Below, piece after piece: positions 12,421-24,309 of a DNA stretch of 64,000 nucleotides. This DNA is from Chiloscyllium plagiosum (Eukaryota), in the NCBI RefSeq assembly GCF_004010195.1, contig NC_057719.1:80515868-80579867 (forward strand), read 5' to 3'. The translations under genes were made by a program, and so were the position numbers. The notes under the pieces were generated by a model. That model saw only the letters and a program-made list of their open reading frames with translations, was not told the origin of the DNA and did not search any database. Position 1 is the first letter of the stretch; each line of letters begins with the position of its first letter.

Positions 12421-12769
12421 CCCGTGTACGTCTTCCTTCTGTTCTGCACCTGCTTCCTCCCCCCACATCCAAGTTCAGTGGCTCACTTAGTGCTGCTAAG
12501 TCTGACTGGAATAGACATCCTTCATTTATTGCTGAGGCATGCCATCCCACCTGCCCTCCCTGGTTGGTTAAACAGCCAGGTGAGATATTGATGCCATGGT
12601 TTGGTTAAAAAAAAATGAAGGCACGGTGAGCTGAATGGCCTCCTGCTGCAGCAAATTCATGGGGAAACCCATCAAAGTTGAACAATCAAGTTCCTGACCT
12701 GAAAATGTTCTCATCATTTCAGCAAAAGCCGAGTTGACAAAATTCCAGCCAGTTTGTCGCTTTTTGCAT

Positions 12770-13390
12770 CTGTGTGTTTGCATGTTTTCCTATCTCAGTC
12801 AATATTGGAGGTGATGAGTGTTTGTTGATCTGTGTGTTTATCTGTCTCAGAGTATGCCTGGGGGTATGTCTGTTTCAGTGTATGTGTGTGTGTATGCGTG
12901 CTTGTCAATGTTGTGATCATATGTATTTATCTATGTGTGTATCTATCTCAGTGCATGCCTGTCAATGTTGTGTGTGTGTATGTCTGTCAATGTGTGCGTT
13001 TTCTATCTATATGTGTACGTGTCTGTAAATGCTGTGTGCATGTTTTTCTATTGGTGTATGTATGTCTGTAAATGTAGTGTGTATGCTTTTCTATCTGTAT
13101 GTTTATGCCAATGTTGTGTGTGTGTTTTTCCATGAGTGTGTCTGAAAATGTGCGTGTGTGTTTCTATCTATGTGTAAGTATCTGTAAATGTGTGTGTGTT
13201 TCCCATCTGTGTGTATCTGTCAATGTTGTGTATGTTTTTCTATCTGTGTCTGTCAGTGTTGCCTATTTTTCTATATGTGTGTGTTTTTCTATCTAAGTGT
13301 GTGTGTCTGTCTCAGTGGATGTCTGTTGGTGCAGTATCTGAGTTTCTCTGTCTCTCTGTCTCTCTCTCTCTCTTTCTCTCTCTCCCGCTC
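12770..13390. repeat. Degenerate TG/TC-rich minisatellite (~35-40 bp unit) ending in (CT)n
   Basis: Recurring tttctatct(g/a)tgtgt...tctgt(c/a)aatg(t/c)tgtgtgt. Confidence 0.85.
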
Positions 13391-14239
13391 TGTTGCAAAA
13401 TGGCAGAAAGTCCAATCAGAGTTATAACCACATGGTGTCTTGTGAGTGGCCAGTTACCTGCTGGAACCTCTTTTCATATCCTTGATTTCCAACCAAAGTT
13501 GACCTTGAATATGAATACTGAGTACATCATGTAAAAAAAGATCCCATTACAAAATGATTAATGCCCTTCGGAAAAAACTGGATCAGACAAAGAGATTTTT
13601 CTCCCAGCTGCCTGCCTGGCTCCGTGGATCAGAGCCACTGAATACAAAGCAAACGGGCTCAACGTGAATTACAGTGTATGATGAGAACTGCTACCACTTA
13701 CCTACTGAGCAGGGAGAAAAATCTTTCCGAGGGGGCTGGTAAGTGTGCCTAAAGAGTAACTTAGAAACTTATTGCCTACCTCTGGAACCATGTATTACTA
13801 CCAGACTTGCCAATTCCGTGGTGTCGTGGTCAGTCTCCGACCTGCCACCCTCCAGAGCTGCTGCCTATATTCAAGGTTGCATCAATTCATGCATCATGAG
13901 CGTTCTTAAACCAGCTCTCTGTTGAGTAATGTCTCACAATGTCAACATTCTCATCCCAGTCTTCACAGATCTCTGTGCCCTCCCGCTCTGTAGCTTTATT
14001 CAGCCTCCCACATCTTTCCACTCCTCCAAGTCTGCCCTCTCAGGAATCCCTTAACATAATCATTGCTGGTTGAGGGTTCAGCTGCCTTGGCTCTAAGCTC
14101 AAATTCCGTTTCTAATTCTCTCTAGCTTACCACAACTTGCCTATTTATGTCATTCTGTACAACCGATCTCTTTGACCCCGAATGCTCGATCCTCAGATCC
14201 CCTCCATCCTTTTATCTGCACTGATGAGAGGTGAGGAAG

Positions 14240-14550
14240 CACTGCTTTCTCTGAAGGGCTGTATTTTAGAAAGGATGTGGAATGCTAGGCCTCTCAAGAG
14301 GTTATGAAATATCCTGAGATACTCTTTCAAAGAAGAACATAGGTGTTGTTTGACTCCCCCATGAAAACTTAGCTCTCAACTAACATCTGACTGTTTTTCA
14401 ATATGTGTAAGTACAAGAGTTCGCTGTATGCAAGTTGACTGCTATATTTCCAACACTATAGCAATGACTGTGCTTTGGAATGTATAGATTGGCTGTGGAG
14501 AATCAGAACATTCAGAAAGGTGCTGGATGAAGGCACACCTTTCTTTACGC
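14240..14550 (+). mobile_element. Degraded Deu-domain SINE
   Basis: ttgactgctatatttccaacactatagcaatgactg...attggctgtggag. Confidence 0.5.
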
Positions 14551-15099
14551 AGATCAGCATCAGTTTCTCATTGATACCCAAGAAGAGCCTCCAGGTGGTT
14601 TGCTTTGTCAGAAGGCTACACAAATGCAGGTAGGTTGTTGTTGATTCCGGCAACTAGAGGAACAACTGCTTGACGTTGAGAGGGGAGCTTGATCTGTTGG
14701 GATCCTGCAGTGTGTATGGTTGGAAAACAACGTTGCCTGGATTTCTGATGCATTCCCTGAACGTGCAGTGTCAGCTCAGAAAGGAGAGCTCTGTCAGAGG
14801 AGCACCAATGACCCAGGATTAGTTGGGAAGACCCTGTACATTAAAGATGAAGCAATAAAACAGAGATTGCTGGTGTGCATCTGTGGGAAGAAAGTCCTAT
14901 GACTCTTCATCAGAACTGACAGCAGCTAGGAAAAGGTAGTGTTTATGCTCAAGAAGATGTGGAGTGGGGAGGTGGATAGGGGGAGATGGAACTCAGAGAA
15001 AGAGAGATATGGAAGAGGTAGGTAAACAAGGAAATTATGTATCGCGGGTGATACTGAAGAAAAGCTGAATAAGTGATAACAAGAACTAAGAGTAAATTC

Positions 15100-15430
15100 A
15101 AAGCGATATACAGCACGGAAACAGACCCTTCAGTCCAACTCGTCCATGCTGCCCAGATATCCTAAATGAATCTAGTCCCATTTGTCAGCATTTGGCCCAT
15201 ATCTCTCTAGACCCTTCCAATTCATGTACCCTTCCAGATGCCTTTTCAATGCTGTAATTGTATCAGCCTCCACCACTTCCTCTGGCAGCTCATTCCATAC
15301 ACGCACCACCTTCTGTTGAAAAAGTTGCCCCTTAGATCCCTTTTAAACTTCTCCCCTCTCACCTTAAGTCTATGCTCTCTAGTTTTGGATTCCCTCACCC
15401 TGGGGAAATGACCTTGTCTATTTCCCCCAT
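15100..15430 (-). mobile_element. CR1/HER1 LINE 3' fragment
   Basis: Near-identical to 1528-1820. Confidence 0.9.
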
Positions 15431-15824
15431 GGAGAAAACAGGTGTGCTGTACTAAAAGGAACCCAGGTAATGCGATAATGGGCCTAGCAGTACAGGAGGA
15501 TGCGTGACCATACTAAAAGCAGCCCCTTGTCATAAAAGGACCAAGTGTGGGGTGGGTAAAAAATACAGCAGTTTAGAATCGGGCTCTAAGGTTATTGAAC
15601 GTATTGTTGATTCCTAAAGGCTGCAAGGTCCCCAAGTCTCTTCGAGCTTATGCTGAGGCTTGCTGAAGCACTGCAGCAGGCACGAGACAGAGATGTCCGT
15701 CAGGGAACAGGGTGGTGTGTCAAAATGGCAGGCAACTGGAAGTTCGGGGTATTATTGCAGATAGATCATAGGTGTTCTGCAAAGCGCTCACACAGTCTGT
15801 CTTTTGTCTCCTCAATGTACAGCA

Positions 15825-16182
15825 TAGAATCATCATAGACTCCCTACAGTGTGGAAACAGGCCCTTCAGCCCAACAAGTCCACACCGACCCTCCGAAGAG
15901 TAACCGACCCAGACCCATTCTCCTACTCCATTACTTTACATTTACCCATGACTAATGCACCTTACACACCCCTGAACACTATAGGGCAATTTAGCATGGC
16001 CAATTCACCTAAACTGCACATCTTTGGACTGTGGGAGGAAACCGGAGCACTCGGAGGAAATTCTCACAAACACAGGGAGAATGTGCAACCTCCACAGAGA
16101 CTGTCGCTCAAGGCTGGAATCAAACCCATGTCCCTGGCTCTGTGAGGCAGCAATGCGAACTACTGAGCCACCATGCCACCCT
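15825..16182 (-). mobile_element. HE1 SINE
   Basis: Reverse-complement head and V-domain as in other copies. Confidence 0.9.
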
Positions 16183-17559
16183 CACAGTGACGCAGATCAC
16201 AGTGTGAACAGCGAATACAGTAGATGAGATTAAATGAACTGGCGCTTCACCTGGAGGGTACATTTGGGGCCCTTAGATAATGAGGAGGGAGAAAACAAAT
16301 AGGCAGGGGAAAGTGCCGAGGAGTGGACCAGGGTGGCACAAACGGAATAGTCCCTGTGGAATGCTGACAAGGGAGGGGAGGGAAATAGGTGTCTGGTGGT
16401 GGCATCCAATTGGAGGTGACAGAAATGAGCTCACAATCCTTTGGATGCTGGTGGGCTGGTAAGTGAGGACCAAGAGGATCCTATTCCTGTTGTGGGAGGG
16501 GAGGGAAGGGGTGAGGACAGACATGCAGGAGATGGGTTGAACACGCCTGAAGGCCCTCAACCAAAGTGATGAGGAATCCTTGTTTGATGAAAAAGGAGGG
16601 CATTTCTAAGGCCATCCAGCTGAAGGTGGCATCATCAGGAACACATATGACAGATGTGGGTCAACTGGGAGAATGGGATGGAGTTCCTCATGGGAAGCAA
16701 GATGTGAGGATGTGTAGTGAAGGTAACTTTGGGAGTTGGTGGGTTTGTAGTCGGTATTGGTGGCCAGCCTATCCCCAGAAATAGAAGCAGAGATGTTGAG
16801 GAAGGAAACGGAAATGTCGGAGATGGACTAGGTGAAGGTGAGAGCGGGGTGGAAATTGGAAGTGAAATTGATAACTTTTTCAAGTTCAGAACGAGAGAGG
16901 GAAGCAGCACCGATGATGCACTGGTGTACTGGAGAAAGAATTGTGAGGAGGGTCCTGACTAGGATTTGAACAAAGAATGTTCCATATCCTCCACAGAGAG
17001 CCAGGCATATCTAGGGCCTGTGCCCCAGTTTTGTTTTTATTCAAGATGAAGCCCCTGGACATGGCTGCAAAGAAACCTGATGTGAAAATCATAGTGGCAA
17101 CAGAAAGTGATGTTTTCATTCATACTTATTACACAGAAAGTATTCGTCACAAAATAAAAGTGGGCTCTTTTATGTGGAATTACATTGAATTTACTGCAAA
17201 TTAAATAACCTTTTTGTATTCCACATCAGCCTCCATCTATTTCATCTCAATCAATCTACATATCATGTTGGACCAGGAAAAGTGGTTGTTGGTAGGAAGT
17301 CATGTGATATGCAAGAAAAGTAACAACTTGCATTTATGTAGCTCCTTTACTGCAGTAAAACATCTCAAGGAACTCCATAGTAACATAGAATGGTTACAAC
17401 CCAGAAATAGGCCATTCAGGTCTTGTATTGGTGTCAGCTCTTTGCGAGAGAAACTAAGCTAGTACCACTTCCCTTCCTATTGCCATGGTCTGCACAGGCT
17501 TTGGATAATGATCTTATTCTCTTCTGGAACCTTTGATCTTTCTGAATGTCTCCCTCTAC

Positions 17560-17668
17560 AAGGAGATCTTACTGCGGATTTCAAGTAGTGGATACCTGCT
17601 GTCTGCAGGATTTCCCCAGTGGGGCGTATTTTGACGTGACCTTCTGGAGTGTGAAGCAATGTGAGCAT
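17560..17668 (+). pseudogene. Tx1/L1-clade ORF1 (ZCCHC3-like) fragment
   Basis: Translates KEILL/CGFQVVDTCCLQDFPSGAYFDVTFWSVKQCEH, resembling the D..CLQ.....FDV(T/S)F motif of ZCCHC3-like ORF1 proteins. Confidence 0.55.
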
Positions 17669-20449
17669 TAAAAAGCGTCATGTGTTGCTGCAGTCTTGGT
17701 GGGCCAAAGGTGTGTTGTACTGTTCTTTGTTATATCTATTCCACTCATTAATGGATTATAATCTATCGAATGTAACAGAATCTCAATTGTTACATTGATC
17801 GAATGTAACAGAATCTCAATTGTTCCAGAAGTCTAATCAAATAGATTTTATCCTTCACCCCTCTGGAACATCTTTTCTATAGAGAATGGTAATTCTCTAC
17901 TTAATCTACTTAACTTCCCCCTCTTACCTGAACACCTTGTAACTTGGAATATTTTGTACCCAGTGCTACCTTTCCTTAAGGTCACATTTGAAAAGTGTGG
18001 CACCTCTCTAGCCATGCATGAATCTGCCATATCCTCACTTGCGTGTGTTGTCAAGAGTAATTTGGAGACACATGTTAATTGATGCTATTAATTGATGCGA
18101 ATCAAAAAAGAAATCAGTATAGAATCTGTTAATGAAAATGACACACACACACACCAACAGACACCTAATCCTAGCATAGGCAGCAGAGCTAGGATAAAGA
18201 TCGATGAGTAGACTTGAACCAACAGGTTGGCCTACTTTCGTCAGTAATCGGTGATTAATAGCACTGCAGCGAATTGAACCAAGCTTTCAACAGAATTGGT
18301 TAGCCTGATGTTCAAGAGGGAGGAGCTTGCATAGATATTGTGGACAGTGTAGATATCTTGTGCTGCTTTATTTTACAGAACGTAAAGGATCATAAAAAGG
18401 AAACATCTCCTCAGCAGAGTTCAACCATCAAATACCGATCCAAGTGCAACTATCCCAGTGACTCAGCAGATAGGTGACAGTAGAACAGGTCGTTTCGTGA
18501 CCTGGTCGAATTTGGTGGCCACGCCCTTTTATTGTATCAAAGACGCATTCTTAAGAATTGGATCTATTGTGACATTCATCTCACTGCTTAAATTGAAGGA
18601 TATTTAATTCTGAAGTCACCCACGTCCAACTAATTACAAGGGCCTAGAATGTTCTGGTGAGAGCCTGAGGGAATGGGGATGTTCCACCAGCTCCTCATGA
18701 ACCCTTTTGTATCTACAAAATGAAAGAGTAGAAGATCCTTTCAAAGTTTTGGGCAGGGACTGGCACCATCCCAGGAGCAACTTGAAAGTCCACTTAAGGG
18801 AATGGGAACAGTTGGAAGATTTACGTGGGATTGGTAACTCAGAGCACAGTGAGAGTCTGGACAAGAAAAAGTTTGAAAATCCACATCAGCTTTACTTCCC
18901 AGATGAACACGTTATTGACGACCCCTATCCAGAGGGAAAGAACGGTGTTTAAGAAGTGGAACCTTTTTAAAATTGGGGAATCCAACTACACTATTGTGCA
19001 GCTTCAAGTAAAGATTGAACGAGGAAAATAAACAAATAGAATTGGATATCATTGTTGCTTTATGTTCATTCACTTCTTCTTTGTGTGAGAAAGAGAACTA
19101 AAACTACCAACCTCTCCCCCATATCAATGCAGAATGGCTAACTCTGATATACTCTTGATAGAATGTCTAGGACATGACTTTGTCAGTAGCAAGACAAGTC
19201 ACAAGATATTATGGCAACAATGATGGTACACAAACTGGTCAACTACATCATCACCTGAGCAAGGGGCTACAGAGGTGACCACCATCAGTTGTATTTTGAC
19301 AGGTAACACCATCTATTGGACAGATCACCACGTTTTCCAATGGACCATCAGCCAGGCCCCCAAACAGGAAGACAACTAAAGTGAAGCTGCAAGAACATTA
19401 GTGTTGAAGGCCACAAAGATGGTTCTTCTCAATCAGTGCCTCACTTCCAATCTCTCAACCTCCAGTGTGCCCACTGCACCTTAAGTACACCACAACAAGC
19501 ACCTGCAAAGAGGTCCATTGTCTGTTTACCAGTTTGGTTTGACAAAAATAATCACAGAGAGATCCAGCAGACCCAATCAAGTGCATGCATGAAACTTTCA
19601 ATTACTGGAAACTTCATCATACCTCAAGAGAAAAGCAGCAGTTCTTTAGGCGACAGGAGGCAGGAGTATGGATTAAATGAGGGGGGAAATCCAAAAATTC
19701 ACAGACATTAATGACAACCGTGAGTTCTTCAGCATTGTCAAGACAATCTATAGCCCAAAGAACTGAGGACAGTAATCAAGGCAAGGAGCTCAACATGGAT
19801 AGGGAGGCGGTCACTGCTCACTGGACTGAACATGTTGAAGAACTCCCAAACATCCTGTTTTTGATTTGAACTCCTTCAATTCCATTCCACAATCCTTTAT
19901 CCTACTCAATCTCAGCACCAGCCCAATCTGATAGAAGTTGAGAAAAACACTCTAATACTGAAAACAAGGCCTTCGGGGCAAATGAAACCCCTGTTGAAAT
20001 TCTCAAACATGGCAAAGAAACGTATAATCGTTTATCCCACATCTGGGAAGAGGTGTGCATGCCATGGGATCTCAGGAACACCGGGATTGTAATTATATTC
20101 AAGAAGGCACTCATATCTGATTGCTGGAACTATCTCCATGAATCTCCTTGCTCTCTGTCACAGAGTAGATCATTGCAAGGACCCTCATCCATTGTTCCGT
20201 CCGAGTGATTGAAGAGCTCCTTCTGGTATCACTGGTTTTCATCCATTAAGAGGCACTACAGACCATGACCTTCACTGTGCAGCCAATCCAAGAAAAAAAC
20301 GAGGAATAGCACAGTCTACATTATTCAATTTTATGAAAGCCTTGGACTCTGTCACCTGCAAAGGTTTTTTTCTCAAACTTGGCTGCCATTAGTAATTTAC
20401 CACCACTACTCTATGATGATATGCAAACTAGGATCATCACCACATCTGG

Positions 20450-20660
20450 AGGGAGATGGGGGAATAGATGGTAATGTCACTGGATGAGTAACGCAGAGCT
20501 TCAGGCTAATGCTCTGGGGAACATGGGTTTGAATCCCACCATGACTGATGGTGAAATTTGAATTCAATAAAATCTGAAATTACAATGTAATGTAATGGTG
20601 AGCGTGTAATTGTTGATGCTGTTGGTTAAAAACCCATCTGGATCACTAGTGTCCTATAAC
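20450..20660 (+). mobile_element. tRNA-derived SINE (second family); minus copy at 44915-45400
   Basis: gggtttgaatcccaccatg...gtgaaatttgaattcaat...aaaacccatctggatcacta. Confidence 0.7.
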
Positions 20661-21121
20661 AGATGAGAAAATGGGCCTTTCATAAAACACCTGGAGAATT
20701 AATATTCTCTTCCAACCAGCTCCACGCACTCTACTCGTAAATTTAGTCAAGTAGAGGGTTATATCCGATTGCTGTATCTCAGAGGAACCTGTCTGCTGTC
20801 TGTCACAGGGGAGATCATTGCAAGGACCCTTGGCAATTGTCTCGACCCATTGGCTTAGCAGAGTTGTGGTCTGGGTTTTGTTCATCAAGACTAGCAGAAA
20901 GCTGATTAGTATCAAAGATGAGAGCCTGGAAAATGTTTTTATATCTTTTCCTTGTGGCAAAGGCAGACATGGTCAATAGAAGTCATCACCTCCAACATGG
21001 CAGCTCAGTCTCCAGCCAGCTAAGGTAAACTCAATACAAAGGTCATGGTTTACTATATAGCAGCATTCCCTATACTCCTACAGGGAACAATCTACAGCAG
21101 ATAACTCAAAGCACAGGAGAA

Positions 21122-21436
21122 GGGTGGCATGGTGGCTCAGTTGGTAGCACTGCTGCATCACAGCACAAAGAATTCAGGTTCAATTCCACCCTCGGGCGAC
21201 TGTTTGCACGTTATCTCTGTCTCTGTGTGGGTTTCCCCTGGGTGCTCTGGTTTCCTCCCACAGTCCAAAGATGTGCAGGTTAGATGGATTGTCCATGCTA
21301 AGTTTCTCATAGTGTCCAGGGTGGGTTAGCCGTAGAAATGTGGGGTTATGGGGCTAGGGTGGAATGCTGTTTGGAGGGTCAGTGCACACTGAATGGGCCG
21401 AATGGCCTCTTTCTGCACTGTAGTATGGATTCTATG
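21122..21436 (+). mobile_element. HE1 SINE
   Basis: ggtggcatggtggctcagttggtagcactgctgc head, V-domain, tail. Confidence 0.88.
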
Positions 21437-22912
21437 GAGTACCACTAGCAATGCCTTCCCAAGATTCCTCAAACCTGCTTAGAAGAACAACAACAAATCC
21501 GTCTTCCAAACCAACATGCCCAACATTGAGCTGCCAATCACTCAAAACAAACTCTACTGGGCAGGACATGTTGTTCCTATTGCTTCGCTAGAGCCCTGAA
21601 ACAATTCCTCTACTTGGGACTTGGTTATCATGGGAGCCTCCAGCAGGGCAGCAGGCATGTTTTAAGAATGTCCTTAATGAGGAAGTCAAACATCCCTCAC
21701 TGACCTTTGGGAGTTCATGGTTTGTAAACCAACAAAAACAGAGATTCATTTAGGAAGGTACCGAGCACATTGGGAGACCTTGTTGAGAAGAGGTGAAAGT
21801 GTGGAATGATCCTCCTCTCACCTCATCTACTCAAACTCTTCAAGCACAGGGGGCAAAGTTTGCAGGTCATGCATTGAACTTACCAGCTGTCTCAGAACCC
21901 ATTGGCCTGGAGTAGAAGTGGTGGCATTTTTCCAGATGACCAATGGTAGTACCCTGTAGTGTTTGGCATCTGTTTCAGTGTGTGTGGAATTGTTTATGTG
22001 TTGTTTGAGTACTCCACTGCCTCAAATCCTCCTTATTCTTAGGCTACAGTGTGACTACAGTAAAGGATATACCATTGTACAGAAGAGACACTGTCCTTAG
22101 ATAACAAGAAAGTGTATTGCATTGACATCAACAAGTACAACTACAGTTGGTCAAGTATTAATTATAGGGATTTAGGGAGCTGATACACATACATCTGCTC
22201 CCTCAGACAGCTAAAGCAGTATATCCAGTCTCCAATGTGTCACATCAGTCGAATGAGTGGAACCAATTTAACATGAACATTAACTCCTTCAGAGCCATTA
22301 CAACAGAAACGAGTCTTTTAAAAACTCGATTCCAAAGGACTGCCGTCATTGAGACTGCCTTGCTAAGACTTCCGGGTGAGTTGCTGAACGATAGCTCACA
22401 ATAGCATGAATTCGCTGTGAATCGACTGACCAGGCAAATCTCGGGTAACAACTAAGAATGGACAGAGGCATGTTCGCTGGCCTGCATTCTCCTTTTCTAA
22501 ACCTCCTCCCATTGAGTCTGTCCTTTATGAAGAGTAAGTATTGATTTTATGCAAACCAGCAAGTTGCAACCGTCCCCAGGGAAATCTCGCACTTCCCAAA
22601 AGTTGGAATAAATGTAGCAGAGAAAGCATAATAAATTCCACAACTCCACTCCATTATTGCTATCAATACCCGCACAAAGAAGGTGGGCTTATTTTTTTTT
22701 ATAAAATCACGAGTCAATCTACAAACAACTTCTCTGTTCCATGTCAGGGTGCAGGGCTGTCTATTCTCCTGGTGGGGCCCACATACGCTTGATTTTTTTA
22801 AAAAAAAACTGTGTGACCTGTAGGGCATCACAGGGTGGAAAGATGTGACTGTAGTGTTGTGCTGCCATTCGTCTCACAAATGACTGCAAAAGAGACAGCG
22901 TTCAGTCTTGGT

Positions 22913-22935
22913 GGAGAGAGAGAGAGAGAGAGAGA
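22913..22935. repeat. (GA)n microsatellite
   Basis: Direct reading. Confidence 0.9.
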
Positions 22936-24054
22936 AAAGGAAGGAGGGATGGTTGCATAGGCAGAACACTGATCTCAGGCAGTGCATGGACAGTGTGGCA
23001 GTATTTCACACAAAAAGCAAATTGGTGATAAATTATGCACATTGAACTGCACAGAGTCAGCTGCAAGCCTCGTTCAGCAGCAGGAACCCAGGGCGGTTTG
23101 CCGGCAAGGGAGAGAGTGGGAGATTTGAGCCAGGCGAGGGTCACTCCGCCGGGGAGACAGCAACACCCCCTCAGGGCTCCTCAATGTCACGGTCCCACTC
23201 ACTACCCGGGAGAGGTCTATCGAAGCGGAGATTACCAGCAGCTTCTCATCGCCCGAGCAGTGAGGAATTGGGAAGCTACGCCAATGTACTGAGTCCTAGA
23301 AGCAGAACATCGGGGTAAGAGAGAACGTGCAATTTTCCTTTGAATCGGTTTAACTTTGCATAGCTGCGGAGGCTGGGGCTGGTATTCAAATGCAAGAAAA
23401 AAAAATCAAAATGTATATGTGTAAGTGACTGGACCGGTTGGATATATGCCCCTGAAATAATGTACTCCGTCCAGTTGTATCTTATCGGGCAGACTGGTGC
23501 TTATTGGAGTCTCTGGGGTTTGCATTGTAGTTAAAAATCGAGGAATTCTGACACTTTGCAGAGATACTTGAGTACTGGTGTCTGTGGGAATTAATGAACA
23601 CAATCTCCTGGGTGATATGGATGGGGGGTGGAAACAATCGTTAGATAGCGAGGCTTGGGTTTTTGGGGACATTTTGAACTTTATACTGTTTGTACAGTGA
23701 GAGCAGGGCTTTGCTTTATGTTGCATTCCTATGGCACCGCATGTTCAAATCACACTGTGCGATTTTGGCATGATTGGAGATTACACCCACGCTTCATTTT
23801 TTTTTTGTGTACGTATATAAACTCTGGTCTATCGGAGATTTTAACTATGTAAATCAGGTTTGTGGATATCCGGACCCACATGATGGTGCGGGTAAGCAGA
23901 GACGGTTTCTGGACTTAAAAGGGAAACTTCCCCCAGTCACTTTTATCCCAAGACTTGGGGGGAATAAACATCGATCCACGGGAAAAAGAGTTTTCCCTTT
24001 GCAACCTCTTGCCAGAAAGTGCCACTTGATTCTTAAGCAGCCGCTAGCCCAGCT

Positions 24055-24190
24055 CACGACCAGGAGGGGCTGCCAGCAACAAAGGGGCGGAGCGGCCGCA
24101 TGGGACATTGCCCCCATCCCCAGAGGGCGAGATTCGGATTGGATTCAGCCAATACAGAGGAAAGGAGACCCAGCGCTCCGATGCTGACTT
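24055..24190. promoter_or_regulatory. Putative Pol II promoter/enhancer core in a CpG-enriched unique region
   Basis: GGGGCGGAGC GC box at 24084-24093; ATTGG at 24138-24142 and CCAAT at 24149-24153; locally retained CpGs. Confidence 0.45.
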
Positions 24191-24290
24191 GCCTTCGAAA
24201 CACACAGTCTCACAAATGCCAATTGAAAGCTTTCTATCTTAGGGAAAGCAAGTCAGGCTTATTTTGCTGAAAGTTGGGTTGGTTAACATC

Positions 24291-24309
24291 CCACAGCAGG
24301 TGGCAGCAC
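24291..24309 (+). promoter_or_regulatory. CTCF-like motif
   Basis: ccacagcaggtggcagcac resembles the CTCF core CCASYAGRKGGCRS. Confidence 0.5.

Larger units (their letters stand above)
14840..16975 (-). mobile_element. Degraded Penelope-like element (RT/GIY-YIG region), interrupted by a CR1 tail and HE1
   Basis: Reverse complement similar to 34041-34460 and 55840-56400 (e.g. tacattgaggagacaaaagacagactg = YIEETKDRL). Confidence 0.7.
19150..21930 (+). mobile_element. RTE-clade LINE, degraded, interrupted by SINEs
   Basis: Remnants VNYIIT, WTDH, WFDKNN.EIQ (19532), KA.G.NETP.EILKHG, aaagccttggactctgtc (KAFDSV-like), QL.WAGHVV. Confidence 0.75.

Noticed and set aside
12774..13534. Overlapping Cys/Val-rich ORFs
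   Set aside because: Translations of a TG-rich tandem repeat
17766..17824. 27-bp direct repeat with a short spacer
   Set aside because: Only two units; a simple tandem duplication, not a CRISPR array
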